Shown: positions 28,535 to 42,142, numbered from the stretch's first letter. The stretch is 64,000 nucleotides of DNA from Eledone cirrhosa (GCA_964016885.1 OZ024741.1:17112001-17176000); one strand, 5' to 3'. Program-made: numbers and translations. Notes: generated by a model not told the origin, from the sequence alone.

Positions 28535-28882
28535 ACTTTCTCCAGCCGCAACTTGGTGCAGTCTGCGACTAACCCAGGTTCTGCTGCACGTCGACTTGCG
28601 GAGGCGAAACTCTTCAAATACCGGTCAATCTCAGACAGGTTTGCGGCCGTACGTACCCTTAGCAGTGGAGACTTATGGTGTCATCAGCCCTAGGGCTAGC
28701 TACCTCCCTACTCACCACCATAGGCGCTGAGCTGGCCAGCAGCAGGTGTGAGCCTCGCGAGCTGGAATGGCTTTTCCAGCGCGTCTCCCTTGCCGTCCTC
28801 CGGGGAAATGCCTTCTCCATAGGTCCGCCGGGGCTGTGGGGAGGCCACTAATATGATTGACTCATCATTTTATCAGTCAGAT
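28535..28882 (+). mobile_element. CRE 3' fragment, copy 2, apparently inserted in a SINE
   Basis: Collinear with 1827-2175; flanked by SINE pieces ggatgaaaggcaaagatttgaac on the left and actcagagagtag...ccgacgtcctaac on the right. Confidence 0.8.
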
Positions 28883-28979
28883 GTTCTAATGATTCTATAT
28901 AAACTCAGAGAGTAGAGAGAGAGAATACCGCCAAGCATTCTATCCGACGTCCTAACTTCTCTGGCAATTCGCCTGGCTG

Positions 28980-29325
28980 AAATGCCCGGGGACAATTTTG
29001 AGTGGGCCCGGAGAAATTTCAGTGGGCCTGGAAATTTTTTCCGACTTTCTTGGAACTTAAGATCACACAAAATTTAAATGCAGTCGGGATCATATGGGGT
29101 TAAGTGTTCCAGAATGCTCTTTGAGCACTGACCCTGGCAATTTCTAGGGAGTAAAGTGGGCCGGGAGGACAAAAAGATTGAGAAGCACTAGTATATATAT
29201 CATGTGGGGGTTATAGTCCGGAATAACTTTTGAGCACTAGTTTACGCTTGTAAAATAAGTGGGCCCGGACATTTTTCTGGAGCTAAAAGTGGGCCCCGGG
29301 GGGTCAAAAAGGTTGAGAAACACTG
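28980..29325. mobile_element. hAT-like MITE remnant with a duplicated terminus
   Basis: aaaaagattgagaagcacta (~29171) and aaaaaggttgagaaacactg (~29306); recurring gtgggccc motifs. Confidence 0.45.
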
Positions 29326-29969
29326 ATTTAAACTGAATGAACACTCAGGTGATTTGAGGGTGTAAGATTTATTGAAAAGACAGCCTAGCCTGTTGTATAG
29401 ATATGATGAGAAGAGAAGGAAGAGGAGAGAGGAGTGGAGTGAAAAAGGAGAGAGGAGTGGAGTGAAAAAGGAGAGAGAGGAGAGTGAGGAGAGAGAGAAG
29501 AGAGAGGAGAGGGGAGAAGGGAGATGAGTAGGAAGAGGGGAGTAGAGTGGAGAGAAAAAGGAGAGAGAAGAGAGAGGAGAGGGGAGAGAGAGGAGAGGGC
29601 AGAGATGAGAGTGATGAAAGATGAGAGGGGCGGGGGAAGAGAGAGGGGAGAGAGGAGTGTGATGAACGATGAGAGGGGTGGGGGAAGAGAGAGAGGAGAG
29701 GATGAATGTTAGTGTTGCTGTGAAGTTTAAGCAATAAATATACGACCAATAAGGTCAAGAAGGTCAAGAAGGTCAAGTGAGTGAAAGAGGGGGGGGGGGG
29801 CAGATAAATGGGGGGGGGGTAAGAATGTGAAGGACAGAAGAAGAAGGGGCGAAAGGGGGAAGGTGAGAGGAATGACGGCGGAAGGTGTAAGAATGTGAAG
29901 GAAGAGAGGAGGGGGAGTCATCAATTGTTTTTCAACATCTCTCAACACTGAACATTGTGTTTAAACAGG

Positions 29970-30882
<913 letters not shown>

Positions 30883-31029
30883 GAAATTTTAAGAATGAGT
30901 GGCAAGGGAATAGGTGAAGCGGTTGAGTGGTGTAGGTGTGTGTAGTATATGAGGGGGGGGGGTATGTACCCTGATGTAGGGGCGACCTGAGGTGAATTGA
31001 GCGGACTAAACTGTTTCACATTTGACGAA

Positions 31030-31270
31030 GGTGTGTTGGTAGAACGTCGGATAGAACACCTTATGGTATTCCGACTCTCTGAGTTCACATCCTGCACAGG
31101 TCAACCTTGCCTTTCAACCTTTCGAGGTCGATAAATAAACTACTAGTGTAGGACTGGGGTCGATTCTTCCCTCTGTCTCATTCTTACCCCACCCTTCTCT
31201 AGAAGCAATCTGTTGTGTTCTGACCCGGAGATGAATGGGCCCCGACAGGCTTAAAATGCCCAAGTGTATG
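31030..31270 (+). mobile_element. SINE plus degenerate hammerhead-like tail, copy 2
   Basis: gagttcacatcc...ggtcgataaa...ctggggtcgattctt, a CT linker, then ctgacccggagatgaatgggcc...aaatgccc. Confidence 0.6.
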
Positions 31271-31769
31271 AAATACTGAAACCTAAACTATAATAAAGAA
31301 AGGAGTACGGGACTGCATCCAAAATATATTTTTTTTTATCCCCTTAGTAAAATAAGTTGGATTACTTTGAATAAATAATGAATGAATATTACATAATTTA
31401 TCTACTAAATTTCGTTATTATTGATTAAATATAAATAATGCTATTACTTATTTAAAGATTCACTTCTTTAAAATTTTCAAATGTCAACACTTCTGGTTAG
31501 CGACCGCTTAAATAAACATTCATATATTTCCGTCACTAATTTTCTCCTAATGCAGTTTATATATAATATCGTCTTTTTTAATGTATCATGGATTACGTTA
31601 CTGATTACATAAGACAGTGTAACGCAGTCTTCGTTCAATTTCTGTGGATATTGTCAATTACGATGTTATTTGACGTATCATATCTACATGTATATATACT
31701 TGCGTATAATATCAATATACACACTACACATGCTAGCAGAAAACCACCCGAATGGTGGTTTTTCTGCTA

Positions 31770-31870
31770 GTTATGTTAAGACTACACGTTCTGTGGAATG
31801 CTCAGCCACTTACACGTTAATTTCATGAACAAGCTATTCCGTTGATCGAACAACTGGAACACTCATTGGC
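31770..31870 (-). mobile_element. Dispersed repeat fragment (same family as 50870-51010, opposite strand)
   Basis: ctcagccacttacacgttaatttcatga is the near reverse complement of tcatgaaattaacgtataagtggctgag at ~50915. Confidence 0.7.
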
Positions 31871-31921
31871 CAAACGAAGAGACTCATTCTATCTTTCTGA
31901 TATTGCTGTGTTTCTCTTATA

Positions 31922-32100
31922 TAATTGTTTCTACTTCTGGCACAAGGCCAGCAATTATCCCAGTACATTACTGGCACTTTATTTTATCGACCCCGTAAGG
32001 ATGAAAGGCAAAGTTAACCTCGGCGGGATTTGAACTCAGACCATAAAGGGCTGTAACTCTTTGCTCCAAAGCATGGTGTCCGACACTCTAATATATTCCA
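31922..32100 (-). mobile_element. Family A SINE, short form
   Basis: ggcacaaggccagcaattatcccagtacattactgg...gaaaggcaaagttaacctcggcgggatttgaactc. Confidence 0.9.
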
Positions 32101-33566
32101 CACTTGGCTGTGTTGCGGGGGAGCCTCTACAAGAGACATGAGCAACCCTTTTCGAGTAGTGGGCCGCATATAATATATTATCATCGTCATTGTCGTTTTA
32201 ACGTCCACTTTCCCAGCTAGTAAGGGTTAGACGAGTTCCTATAGACCAAATCACTACTGAAGTGGTTGGTATCTATGGAAGGTCAGGGACCTATGTACTT
32301 ACGTACGGTCTCATGTTCCATCGAATGCTCAGGAGAGGTTGTCATGCCTTTGACACAACTAGGAGTCCTCCCAACCCTTTCTATGGCAACATTTCTACGG
32401 ATGGATGCCCTTCCTATCACCAACTACTTTACAGCGTATACTGGGTGTGTTTATCGTGTAGATCACCAAAGCTAGGGAGGTTGTCATGTTCTTGACACGA
32501 CTGGACGGTCCTTATATATATATATAGATAAGCTTTGTATAAATATAAGTTAGACGTGGGGTGGGGCATATATTAACATATATTGACCAACCTTCTAATC
32601 GAACTTTTTCCAATATAATTCACTGAAACCACTTACCTAAAATTGAAAGAAAACAAGATATATTAGATGTGGTGGTGGAGGCGGTGTTAGGGATCTTCAA
32701 CAATTTATATAAAAACAAATACATTTTGGTTCTTGTCTGTTGATGTGTGTATGAATACATGTATGTGAGTGTATATGTGAGTGTGAGTGTGTGTATGTGT
32801 GTGTGTGTGAGTGTATGTGTGTGTGTGTGAATGTATGCGTATATGTGAGTGTATGTATGTGTGAGAGTGTGTGTGTGTGAGTGTGTGTGTGTGAGTGTAT
32901 GCGTGTGTGTGAGTGTATGTATGTGTGAGAGTGTGTGTGTGTGAGTGTATGCGTGTGTGTGTATGCGTGTGTGTGAGTGTATGTATGTGTGAGAGTGTGT
33001 GTGTGTCTGTGAGTGTATGCGTGTGTGTGTGTGTGAGTGTATGCGTGTGTGTGAGTGTATGTATGTGTGAGAGTGTGTGTGTGTGAGTATATGCGTGTGT
33101 GTGTGAGTGTGTGTTTGAGTATATGCGTGTGTGCGTGAGTGTGTGTGTGAGTGTGTGTATGTGTGTGTAATAAACAGCGGAAGGGGAAATTTACAACGAG
33201 TAAAATTAAAGGCAAAATGAACAACAACAATAACATCAACAACAACAACAACAACAAACAATAACATCACCAACAACAACAAACAATAACAATAACATCA
33301 ACAATAACAACAACAACAAACAATAGCAACAGTACGCAGGAAAGTGAAGAAAAAAGGTAGAGAATAATTGGAGGGGGGGGGGGGGTGATAGAGAGTGGGG
33401 TGGTGTGAAATGGCGGCAAATTGAAGAGAGAAAATGGCGGTGAATATGTTATTTCCCTGGGAAGGAGATAATGTAGGTTAGGGAGGAAACGTCTACAGGG
33501 ATTGGCTCTCAATGAAGCGAACATAGCCTCCAGCTCTTTCTAAGGGAAACTTTAATGATAATAGGG

Positions 33567-33970
33567 ATTTCTACTTAAGGCACAAGGCCAGCAATTTGGG
33601 GGAGGGGAAAGTCGATTAAATCTACCTCAGTACATTACTGGTACTTTATTTTATCGACTCCGTAAGGATGAAAGGCAAAGTTAACCTCGGCCGGATTTGA
33701 ACTCAGAATGGCAAGGGCCGTAACTCTATGCGTCAAAGCATGGCGTCCGACCCTCTACCAATACTGCCAATTCACCGCCCTTTAATAATAATAATAAGGA
33801 TTTCTACTTATGGCACAAGGCCAGCAATATGGGGAGGGGAAAGTCGATTAAATCAACCATAGTACATTACTGGTACTTTATTTTATCGACTCCGTAAGGA
33901 TGAAAGGCAAAGTTAACTTCAATGGGATTTGAACTCAGGTCGTAAAGGGGCGAAATCTTATGTCATAAAG
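33567..33970 (-). mobile_element. Two tandem family A SINEs, long form
   Basis: Copies at 33567-33781 and 33798-33970. Confidence 0.9.
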
Positions 33971-34582
33971 TATAGATGATGATTTCACTAACAATGATGA
34001 TGAAGGAGAGGATGACGATGAAGACGATGTTGAGAAATAATAACGATGATGATGATGGTGATGATGATGATTAATGATAATAATAATGATAATAATAATA
34101 AAATATTAATAACAACAATAACAACATATTCTATATTTAGCCAGAAGGGCGGCGGATGTAGCTGACACTACAAGGACAAACTTTAAAACAATGGGGTGGG
34201 GTTTAGATCGAGTGTAGAACATGTACACAGACAGACTATAATATAAATATGATGTGACATGAAAATATATCCGAGTAATGTGGGGTTAGGGCGTGGGAAC
34301 AGCAGCCACCTGGGGCCAATTAGGAATGTAATTCAATGCATAGTTGAACTTAACTGTTTGATGAACATAAAACGATAATATAAGAAGGAAACTGAAAATA
34401 TGTTGTGGGATCGATATGATTAACTAGAACGCAACATGGCTACAGTCCACACACCCACACACATATATATATATATATATGTATATATACACACACATAT
34501 GTATGTATACACACATATGTATGTATACACCCATATGTGTGCATGTATATATTCAAAATATTTTGTCTTGGACTGTTTCAGC

Positions 34583-34626
34583 TTCGTATCTGAAAAGGGA
34601 GTTATAACCCTGAAATATCATGTGAA
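34583..34626 (+). ncRNA. Degenerate minimal hammerhead-like motif
   Basis: ttcgtat-CTGAAAA-ggg(agttataa)ccct-GAAA-tatc-atgtgaa; stem I pairs, but core G8 is replaced by A. Confidence 0.4.
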
Positions 34627-34771
34627 ATTACACTGGGTAAAACATTAATTTATTTTGTTTTGTTTCATTTACCATCATTTGCCCATCGTATTTTCTACTT
34701 CATTGTACTGGCTTTTAAAACAGAATTATCGGTCTTTTACTACACACACATACACATACACACACACGCAT

Positions 34772-34806
<35 letters not shown>

Positions 34807-35420
34807 ATCAATTTTTAAGGCTAAATAGTGAGTCTTGTTGCTCTGGAGTTTCGCCTGTTTATCACATTTAAGAAAAACAGACATGGCGTGATTAGAAAAA
34901 ACTTATTTTATTATACAATCTAACATGTATTTCATCATCGAGTTACGTCACAGAGTCTACGAGGGTTATTTAGAGATATTAATATCCCTTGCCGACCCCC
35001 ACGTGGGGTCAGTAATAGTCACTCCTTGTATGAGCATTGAACTAAAACCTGTTGAAAAAGCGGCTTCCTTGTTCAATCATCTTACCAGAAGCCTAACATT
35101 ATTTATGTAAGCGGACAGTACTTGATTTAGAGGTCGCAGAAACCCAAATGCTGGATTTTACCAACCTTCCAGGGGTTCGGGTAAATTTTCAATCACATAT
35201 ATTTCTATTTGTTTGACCCGAATTACTTGCTCGTTTTTTTGGCTGTGCGGATGATGGTTTCACCATCGTCTCAGTGTGTTTGGCCTTTAACGTTTGTTAT
35301 AGCTCTGGTTCATCTGAATCATTGAGCACTTGCCGCACATCTCGGAGGTTGTTTTTCGTTATTTCATAGGCCGAAATACGATTCTCGATAATTTATATTT
35401 ATATATATATATATACATAT

Positions 35421-35459
<39 letters not shown>

Positions 35460-35799
35460 CATGTGTATGTATATATACATATATATATATATGCATATAT
35501 GAATTTATATATATACACATATGTATATATCAGTAGTTCTAAATAACATTAATATTTAATTTGCTCACAAGATTTATTTCTCAATTACAAACACTTTTTA
35601 AAAGCTGGGTATATATATAAATTGTTAATCCTGAAACATGATACGTACTACATGTGTGTATATGTGTGTCTGTGTGTCCGTATGGACATGTGTGCATGTA
35701 CTATCTTTATACACGTGTGTGTATCTGTGTGGATATGCCTGTATATATATATGTGTGTGAGTGTGTGATGTGTGTGTGTTTATATAAGCGTGTATGTAT

Positions 35800-36375
35800 G
35801 TGTGCGTATGTATATGAGCGTGTGCGTGTGTGTGTGTGTTATATGACCGTGTGTGTGTGTATGAGCGTGTGTGAGTGTGTATATGAGCGTGTGTGTGTGT
35901 GTGTGTATGAGCGTGTGTGTGTGTATAGGAGCACGTGTGTGTATATGAGCATGTGTGAGTGTATATGAGCATCTGTGTGTGTGTATATGAGCGTGTGTGT
36001 GTATATGAGCGTATGTGAGTGTATATGAGCGCGCGCGCGTGTGTGTATATATGAACGTGTGTGTGTGTGTATATGAGCGTGTGTGAGTGTATATGAGCGT
36101 GTGTGAGTGTGTGTATATGAGCGTGTGTGTGTGTATATGAGCGTGTGTGAGTGTATATGAGCGTGTGTGTGTTTATGAGCGTGTGTGTGTGTGTATATGA
36201 GCGTGTGTGTGTATATGAGCGTGTGTGTGTGTGTATATGAACGTGTGTGTGTATATATGAGCGTGTGTGAGTGTATATGAGCGTGTGTGTGTTTATGAGC
36301 GTGTGTGTGAGTGTATATGAGTGTGTGTGAGTGTATATGAGCGTGTGTGTGTGTATGAGCGTGTGTGTGAGTGTG
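35800..36375. repeat. Compound (GT)n-atatgagc repeat
   Basis: Direct reading. Confidence 0.9.
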
Positions 36376-36469
36376 TCTTACTTCCGTTCCCATTACAAAT
36401 ATTGCTAAAGCAAAGAACAACATGTAGTTAGAGAATGTCTTTGAGAATGTTATAATAGGGAAGAATGGG

Positions 36470-36920
36470 AGGAAGGAAGGGAGATGGTATGAAGGACACA
36501 TGTAGAGAGAGAGTGAGAGAGAGTGAGAGATGGGAGGAGGGAGATGGTATGAAGGAGACATGTAGAGAGAGGGGAGAGAGAGGGGGAGAGAGAGAGGGGG
36601 AGAGAGAGAGGGGGAGAGAGAGAGAGGGAGTGAGAGATGGGGGAGGGGGGAAAGGGAGGGAGATGGTATGAAGGAGACATGTAGAGAGAGAGAGGGGGGC
36701 GAGAGAGGGAGTGAGAGATGGAAGGAGGGGAGAAAGGGAGGGAGATGGTATGAAGGAGACATGTAGAGAGAGAGAGAGGGGGAGAGAGAGGGAGTGAGAA
36801 AGAGTGAGAGATGGGAGGAGGGGATGAAGGGAGGGAGATGGTATGAAGGAGACATGTAGAGAGAGAGAGAGAGAGAGAGGGTGAGAGAGAGTGGGAGTGG
36901 GAGAGAGTGAGGGAGAGAGT
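36470..36920. repeat. GA-rich tandem repeat with a constant core gggagatggtatgaaggagacatgtaga (5 copies)
   Basis: Core at about 36479, 36539, 36658, 36740 and 36833. Confidence 0.9.
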
Positions 36921-36942
36921 GATATATCTACATTATATATTA

Positions 36943-37720
36943 ATACTAGCAGTGGTACCCGGCGTTGCACGAGATAAGGTATTTTGGAAGGCGGGCCACC
37001 AACAAACCTAATCGTGGATAAACTGCAAGCTTGGACAATATGTAAAGAAAATAAACCGAATACTCTGATGGCTGGATAATCTTTAAGATTTTCCTCGATG
37101 AAGGAGGAAAAATGCAGGTCTTCACCTAATGCGGGCCCTATGGGATCAAGAAAATGAATTTTTTTTTTTTTATGTGCATAATATGCCTTGAAATTTCGGG
37201 AAAATCGGCTAGACAACGCCTCCAAAAAGCCCTAAAAAGCTGAAAAAAATGAAGTTTTTCACCTAATGCGGGCCCTAGGCCATAAAAAAAGTTGGATTTT
37301 CTTTGCTCACGGTATGAAGAAGAGACTGACTAATACATAGTTACAATTTCAAGGAAATCGGTCTGACGTAACGCCTAAACAAACCCCTAAAAAGCTTAAA
37401 AAACGCAGTTTTTCACCTAATACGGGCCCGAGGAGATCAAAAAGTTGACTCACAGACACACACACACAGACAGACATCCCCAAGGAAGTAACATGATGCG
37501 GACAGTTAGACATACAGACAGATATTATACGGGCGCGACGTTAGATGTATGTATCTACCTAAAAAGAGAAAGACTAAGAATGATAAAGAGAGAGATCGTT
37601 AAATCGCCTAATGTGGTCCCTAGGGCATGGAAAATTTGAAATTTCTTTTGCTCAGAACACTCCCTGAAACATAAGTATTACATGTGTAAAGTTTGAAAAC
37701 AGTCGGTTGGGTGGTTCTCG
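36943..37720 (+). mobile_element. Helentron/DINE-1-like non-autonomous element with internal ~140-190-bp repeats
   Basis: Begins tactagcagtggtacccggcgttgcacg; ttcacctaatgcgggccc-like motif at ~37121, 37258, 37412 and 37604; internal acagac/CA microsatellite. Confidence 0.6.
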
Positions 37721-37745
37721 AGTTTCATTCCGGAGAAATCATCAG

Positions 37746-37796
37746 GGCTTCCTGATGATTTCTCCCGAATGAAACAGCCCTAGTCCTGTAGAAGCC
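37746..37796 (+). ncRNA. Type I hammerhead ribozyme fold (PLE-associated)
   Basis: Stem I ggcttc/gaagcc, core CTGATGA (37752-37758), weak stem II, GAAA, stem III acag/ctgt, GUA cleavage triplet ending at 37790. Confidence 0.7.
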
Positions 37797-37877
37797 TTTC
37801 TATATTAAATATTTATAGTCTGCTTTATATTGAGTACCTTACTTACTGTGGTTACCCCAGATAGAACCCGGGATAAA

Positions 37878-38145
<268 letters not shown>

Positions 38146-38422
38146 TATATATATATATATGCACGTTTACAAACACACCGAGCATTATAATAAATGTTCG
38201 GTGAATCCATACGTACATATATATATGTGTGCATGTATGTATATATATATACATACTACTGTACGTCTGTATACATATATGTATGTACGTATACATACTT
38301 ATATTTAAGTAACAGCCGTACTAAGAGTGAGAAATGAAATTTCGTTTCATTTTTTCAGTTTATATATATATATAATATATATATAATATATAAGATCAAA
38401 AGATGGTTAAAAGAGTTCCATG

Positions 38423-38493
38423 TATTTTATTATGCGCATTTCAAAAACAAATATCATCATGCAATAACATTTGTGTTTTCATCAGATAAAATA
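38423..38493 (-). ncRNA. Hammerhead ribozyme fold, mirror copy of 38620-38690
   Basis: Reverse complement of the plus-strand motif. Confidence 0.85.
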
Positions 38494-38619
38494 GGAAGAC
38501 ATGATATGAAGGTTAAAAAACACTTGTGGATAGTGCAGTTTTAAATCAACGTATTTATATATGTTGATTTAAAACTGCACTATCCACAAGTGTTTTTTAA
38601 CCTTCATATCATGTCTTCC

Positions 38620-38690
38620 TATTTTATCTGATGAAAACACAAATGTTATTGCATGATGATATTTGTTTTTGAAATGCGCATAATAAAATA
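38620..38690 (+). ncRNA. Type I hammerhead ribozyme with palindromic stem III
   Basis: Stem I tattttat/ataaaata, CTGATGA (38628-38634), long stem II, GAAA (38671), ATGCGCAT stem III, AUA cleavage triplet ending at 38682. Confidence 0.85.
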
Positions 38691-38813
38691 CATGGAACTC
38701 TTTTAACCATCTTTTGATCTTATATATTATGTATACTCCAGTCCTACAAACTGTAGAGTGCTTCTTATCCGATATCTGCATTGCTTTATTGTACTACAAT
38801 AAAACTCACCTCC

Positions 38814-38874
<61 letters not shown>

Positions 38875-39024
38875 ATACTTTGGGAGGGTCATGTTGCCAA
38901 TAAGAAACACACGCACCAGTCGCTTTCACTTCAATTTATTATAATAAATTTATAAATTTAGGAATAAATCTATAAATTTCTGGTTGGTTGGTTGGTTCCA
39001 CAACCAGATAGTTGTTTATATATT

Positions 39025-39067
39025 GTCAAAGTTCTTTCGTCACACATTCTGTGACCTCTTCAGTGAC
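39025..39067 (-). ncRNA. Minimal hammerhead ribozyme in the PLE 3' region
   Basis: Minus strand gtca-CTGAAGA-g-gtcaca(gaatg)tgtgac-GAAA-gaactt-tgac. Confidence 0.75.
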
Positions 39068-39268
39068 TGGGGATTCTTTTCTTTGTCTTTGTGCCTCTCC
39101 TTTGTTCTGTCCTACGCCATTTTGTTTCTGTGTGTGTGTTGTGTGCTTAGTCTGCGCATGCGCCACATCCGGGTGTCTGTGTGTGTTTATGTTCATTTAT
39201 TTATTTGTTTATTTACATGTTACTGGTTGGTTGTTTGTTCTATGTGTGTGTGTGTTTTCATTTTGTCC

Positions 39269-39640
39269 TTAATTGTAAGTTGTGATGTTGCTGTTCCACT
39301 CATATTTTCTATTTAATTTTGGTTGTAATTCTTTTATGTTTATTGCCTCTGTGATTTGTCTAAACATTGCGTCTTTTCTGTGTGTAGATTCTATTTTTAT
39401 TTCTATGTTCTCTAATTTACCCTTGTGTTCTATTTTAGCATGTTGGTAGAGTACAGATGATTCTTTACTATCTTGAAGGTCTCACCAGTGTTCATTTATC
39501 CGTTCCCCTACACTACGAGCTGTCTCACCTATGTACACTATATTTTTGTCTTTACATTGTCCTTCAGTACATCTTATGCTATACACTACATTTCTAGTTT
39601 TACAGTTAATATGGGGGCTTATTTTACAGGTTATACATTT
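39269..39640 (-). pseudogene. PLE GIY-YIG endonuclease domain relic (not in the ORF track)
   Basis: Manual translation: KCITCKISPHINCKTRNVVYSIRCTEGQCKDKNIVYIGETARSVGERINEHW*DLQDSKESSVLYQHAKIEHKG...FRQITEAINIKELQPKLNRKYEWN. Has VVY..YIGET, the conserved R, E and N, and CCHH residues; one TGA at 39482-39484. Confidence 0.92.
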
Positions 39641-39776
39641 CTTATCTATACATGGGGGTCTTTGAAAAGGGTATGTCTTGCTAATAAGTGTTTTTACGGA
39701 GGTACCTGGAGGTACCTTACGATTTCAGATAAAGAATCTTGCTAAACAAATTCAGAAACGAAATATATATATATAT

Positions 39777-40779
39777 ATATAAATTAATATTTGATGAACA
39801 TTTACATGTTATAGTTGCAATTGACTAATAAGATCGCTAGAGTGAAAAATCTTAATTCAACAACATAAGGACTGCCTGTACGATCTAGAAAATAATAAAT
39901 CAATACTCACAGACTCATATGGGCAAAAAGCCTTGGTACCTAGACACGTTTAAAATTCAAAATACAAACTTTTTCCGCAGATCGGTCAGAACTTCAAACT
40001 TCAAACATGTTTCACAAAGGATGGTATAATAGTAAAATAATTAACTAATTAGCAGTGAGTTAATCAACTTTTTCTGTGTTTATCAATAGGCACCCAGATA
40101 AAAATAAAATAACTCAACCTTAGAAAAATATCTAATGTCTGGTTAGCGTAGCGAAAATACACGAGGTTTTGCACACGGCTTATTCCAGTCCTCTAACGTC
40201 CCACACATAGTGCTAGAAATAACAGCCGTTTGTATGGGATTACAAAATTCAGCTCACCTTGGGGAGCAGTGATAAATAGCTTAGAGTTTAGACTCAGAGA
40301 GGTCATTTACAATCATTGTGCAAAACCTCGTGTATTTTCGCTACGCTAACCAGACCTTAGATATTTTTCTAAGGTTGAGTTATTTTATTTTTATCTGGGT
40401 GCCTATTGATAAACACAGAAAAAGTTGATTAACTCACTGCTAATTAGTTAATTATTTTACTATTATACCATCCTTTGTGAAACATGTTTGAAGTTTGAAG
40501 TTCTGACCGATCTGCGGAAAAAGTTTGTATTTTGAATTTTAAACGTGTCTAGGTACCAAGGCTTTTTGCCCATATGAGTCTGTGAGTATTGATTTATTAT
40601 TTTCTAGATCGTACAGGCAGACCTTATGTTGTTGAATTAAGATTTTTCACTCTAGCGATCTTATTAGTCAATTGCAACTATAACCTGTAAATGTTCATCA
40701 AATATTAATTTATACTGCTCAGAAGCAATTCCTAGAGCTGAAATGATTGTAAATGACCTCTCTGAGTCTAAACTCTAAG

Positions 40780-40786
<7 letters not shown>
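39777..40786. mobile_element. Large fold-back element: ~398-bp inverted arms plus a ~72-nt tail in (TA)n
   Basis: 39777-40175 vs 40317-40714 (three mismatches noticed); the spacer holds an inverted copy (40272-40316) of the tail end (40743-40786). Confidence 0.85.
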
Positions 40787-40820
<34 letters not shown>

Positions 40821-40849
40821 AATAAGGGCGCTGCCGAGTTGCAAATGGG

Positions 40850-40901
<52 letters not shown>

Positions 40902-41286
40902 GAAAAGTATAGAAATTATTGTAGTAAGAAGCCAACAGTATTCCATAATATATAAGTGACTATAGCGTCAAAATAGGAAAATAGTTAACGTAAGATGTGG
41001 GAAAAATAATTCAAACTCAATTCAAAAAGAATCAGGATATAGATTTATCCAACAGAATTTAGTGAAATCCAGGGAAAAATCAATAGAGCCTTAACTCATG
41101 ATAAAATAAAGTCTAAAATACTCATCCTTGAATTTGGAACAACTACAAATGCTCTGTATAATCTTGAAAAGACTATTTCACAAAAACTTTCAGTGGGGAT
41201 GGTCACGGTTGGAATTCGATCGTCAGCAGAGCTCAACATGATAACCAAAATCTCACTGATTAATATGCCAAAAAGGGAATTTAAAA

Positions 41287-41328
<42 letters not shown>

Positions 41329-41336
<8 letters not shown>

Positions 41337-41570
41337 ATACTTTGGGAGGGTCATGTTGCCAATAAGAAACACACGCACCAGTTGCTTTCACTTCAATTTA
41401 TTATAATAAATTTATAAATTTAGGAATTTATAAATTTATTATAATAAATTGAAGTGAAAGCAACTGGTGCGTGTGTTTCTTATTGGCAACATGACCCTCC
41501 CAAAGTATAACAATATCGGTTTCAACACACGTTTTCAGATAAAGAATCTTGCTAAACAAATTCAGAAACG

Positions 41571-41573
<3 letters not shown>
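41329..41573. mobile_element. Palindromic remnant of the same PLE 3' end as 38868
   Basis: Arms 41329-41420 and 41425-41516, 4-nt spacer, tail 41517-41573, (TA)n flanks. Confidence 0.9.
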
Positions 41574-41636
<63 letters not shown>

Positions 41637-41639
41637 ATG

Positions 41640-41674
<35 letters not shown>

Positions 41675-42111
41675 ATACAAGTATGTGTGTTTAAGAAATA
41701 CCTACATATGTATACAATTATCTGCGGTAAAGTTAATGTAGGTATAACTACAGTTTTTTAATTATAAGCTTCACCGTGAAAGAAGAAATGCAAATATATT
41801 TCTCATTGTCTTCATACACAGAAAAACAGAGAGATTGTTGTTTTTAAATGTTTCACAGCTTATTGGATGTTCATCAGGATACAACTACTTTATTTTCTCG
41901 CTAAAAGAAGAAAATGGAGAGTAAATGGCAAAACAAACACACACACATATACAGAATCAGACACGCTCTCGCACAAACACACACATGCACAGACACACAC
42001 ATGCACATACAGACATGCGCACACTTAGACTTGCGCACACAGACACACACGCCCGCCCCTACACATAACTTGGGGTGTGTGTGTGCATGTCAAACTAAAC
42101 TAGGTGCTAAA

Positions 42112-42142
<31 letters not shown>

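Larger units (their letters stand above)
38383..38817. mobile_element. Fold-back PLE remnant with ~168-bp inverted arms and an ~87-nt tail, flanked by (TA)n
   Basis: Arms 38383-38550 and 38563-38730 are reverse complements; each carries a hammerhead fold. Confidence 0.85.
38868..39763 (-). mobile_element. 5'-truncated Penelope-like element (GIY-YIG domain, hammerhead, 3' end) with a short inverted tail segment
   Basis: GIY-YIG relic, hammerhead and AATAAA lie on the minus strand; (TA)n on both sides; 39723-39763 is the tail in the opposite orientation (compare 41533-41573). Confidence 0.9.

Noticed and set aside
34810-35390. Unique-looking sequence as a possible exon (also 52770-52910 and 60980-61410)
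   Set aside because: No recognisable protein motif or supported splice structure; left unannotated.
36470-36920. CRISPR-like constant repeat with variable spacers
   Set aside because: Spacers are slipped GA microsatellite related to one another; eukaryotic context and no cas genes.
39482-39484. In-frame TGA as selenocysteine (reported for some Naiad PLEs)
   Set aside because: Not at an evident conserved Cys position; CGA>TGA decay is simpler and I saw no SECIS element.
41160-41235. Minus-strand CTGACGA...GAAA hammerhead candidate
   Set aside because: I could not form convincing stems I-III.
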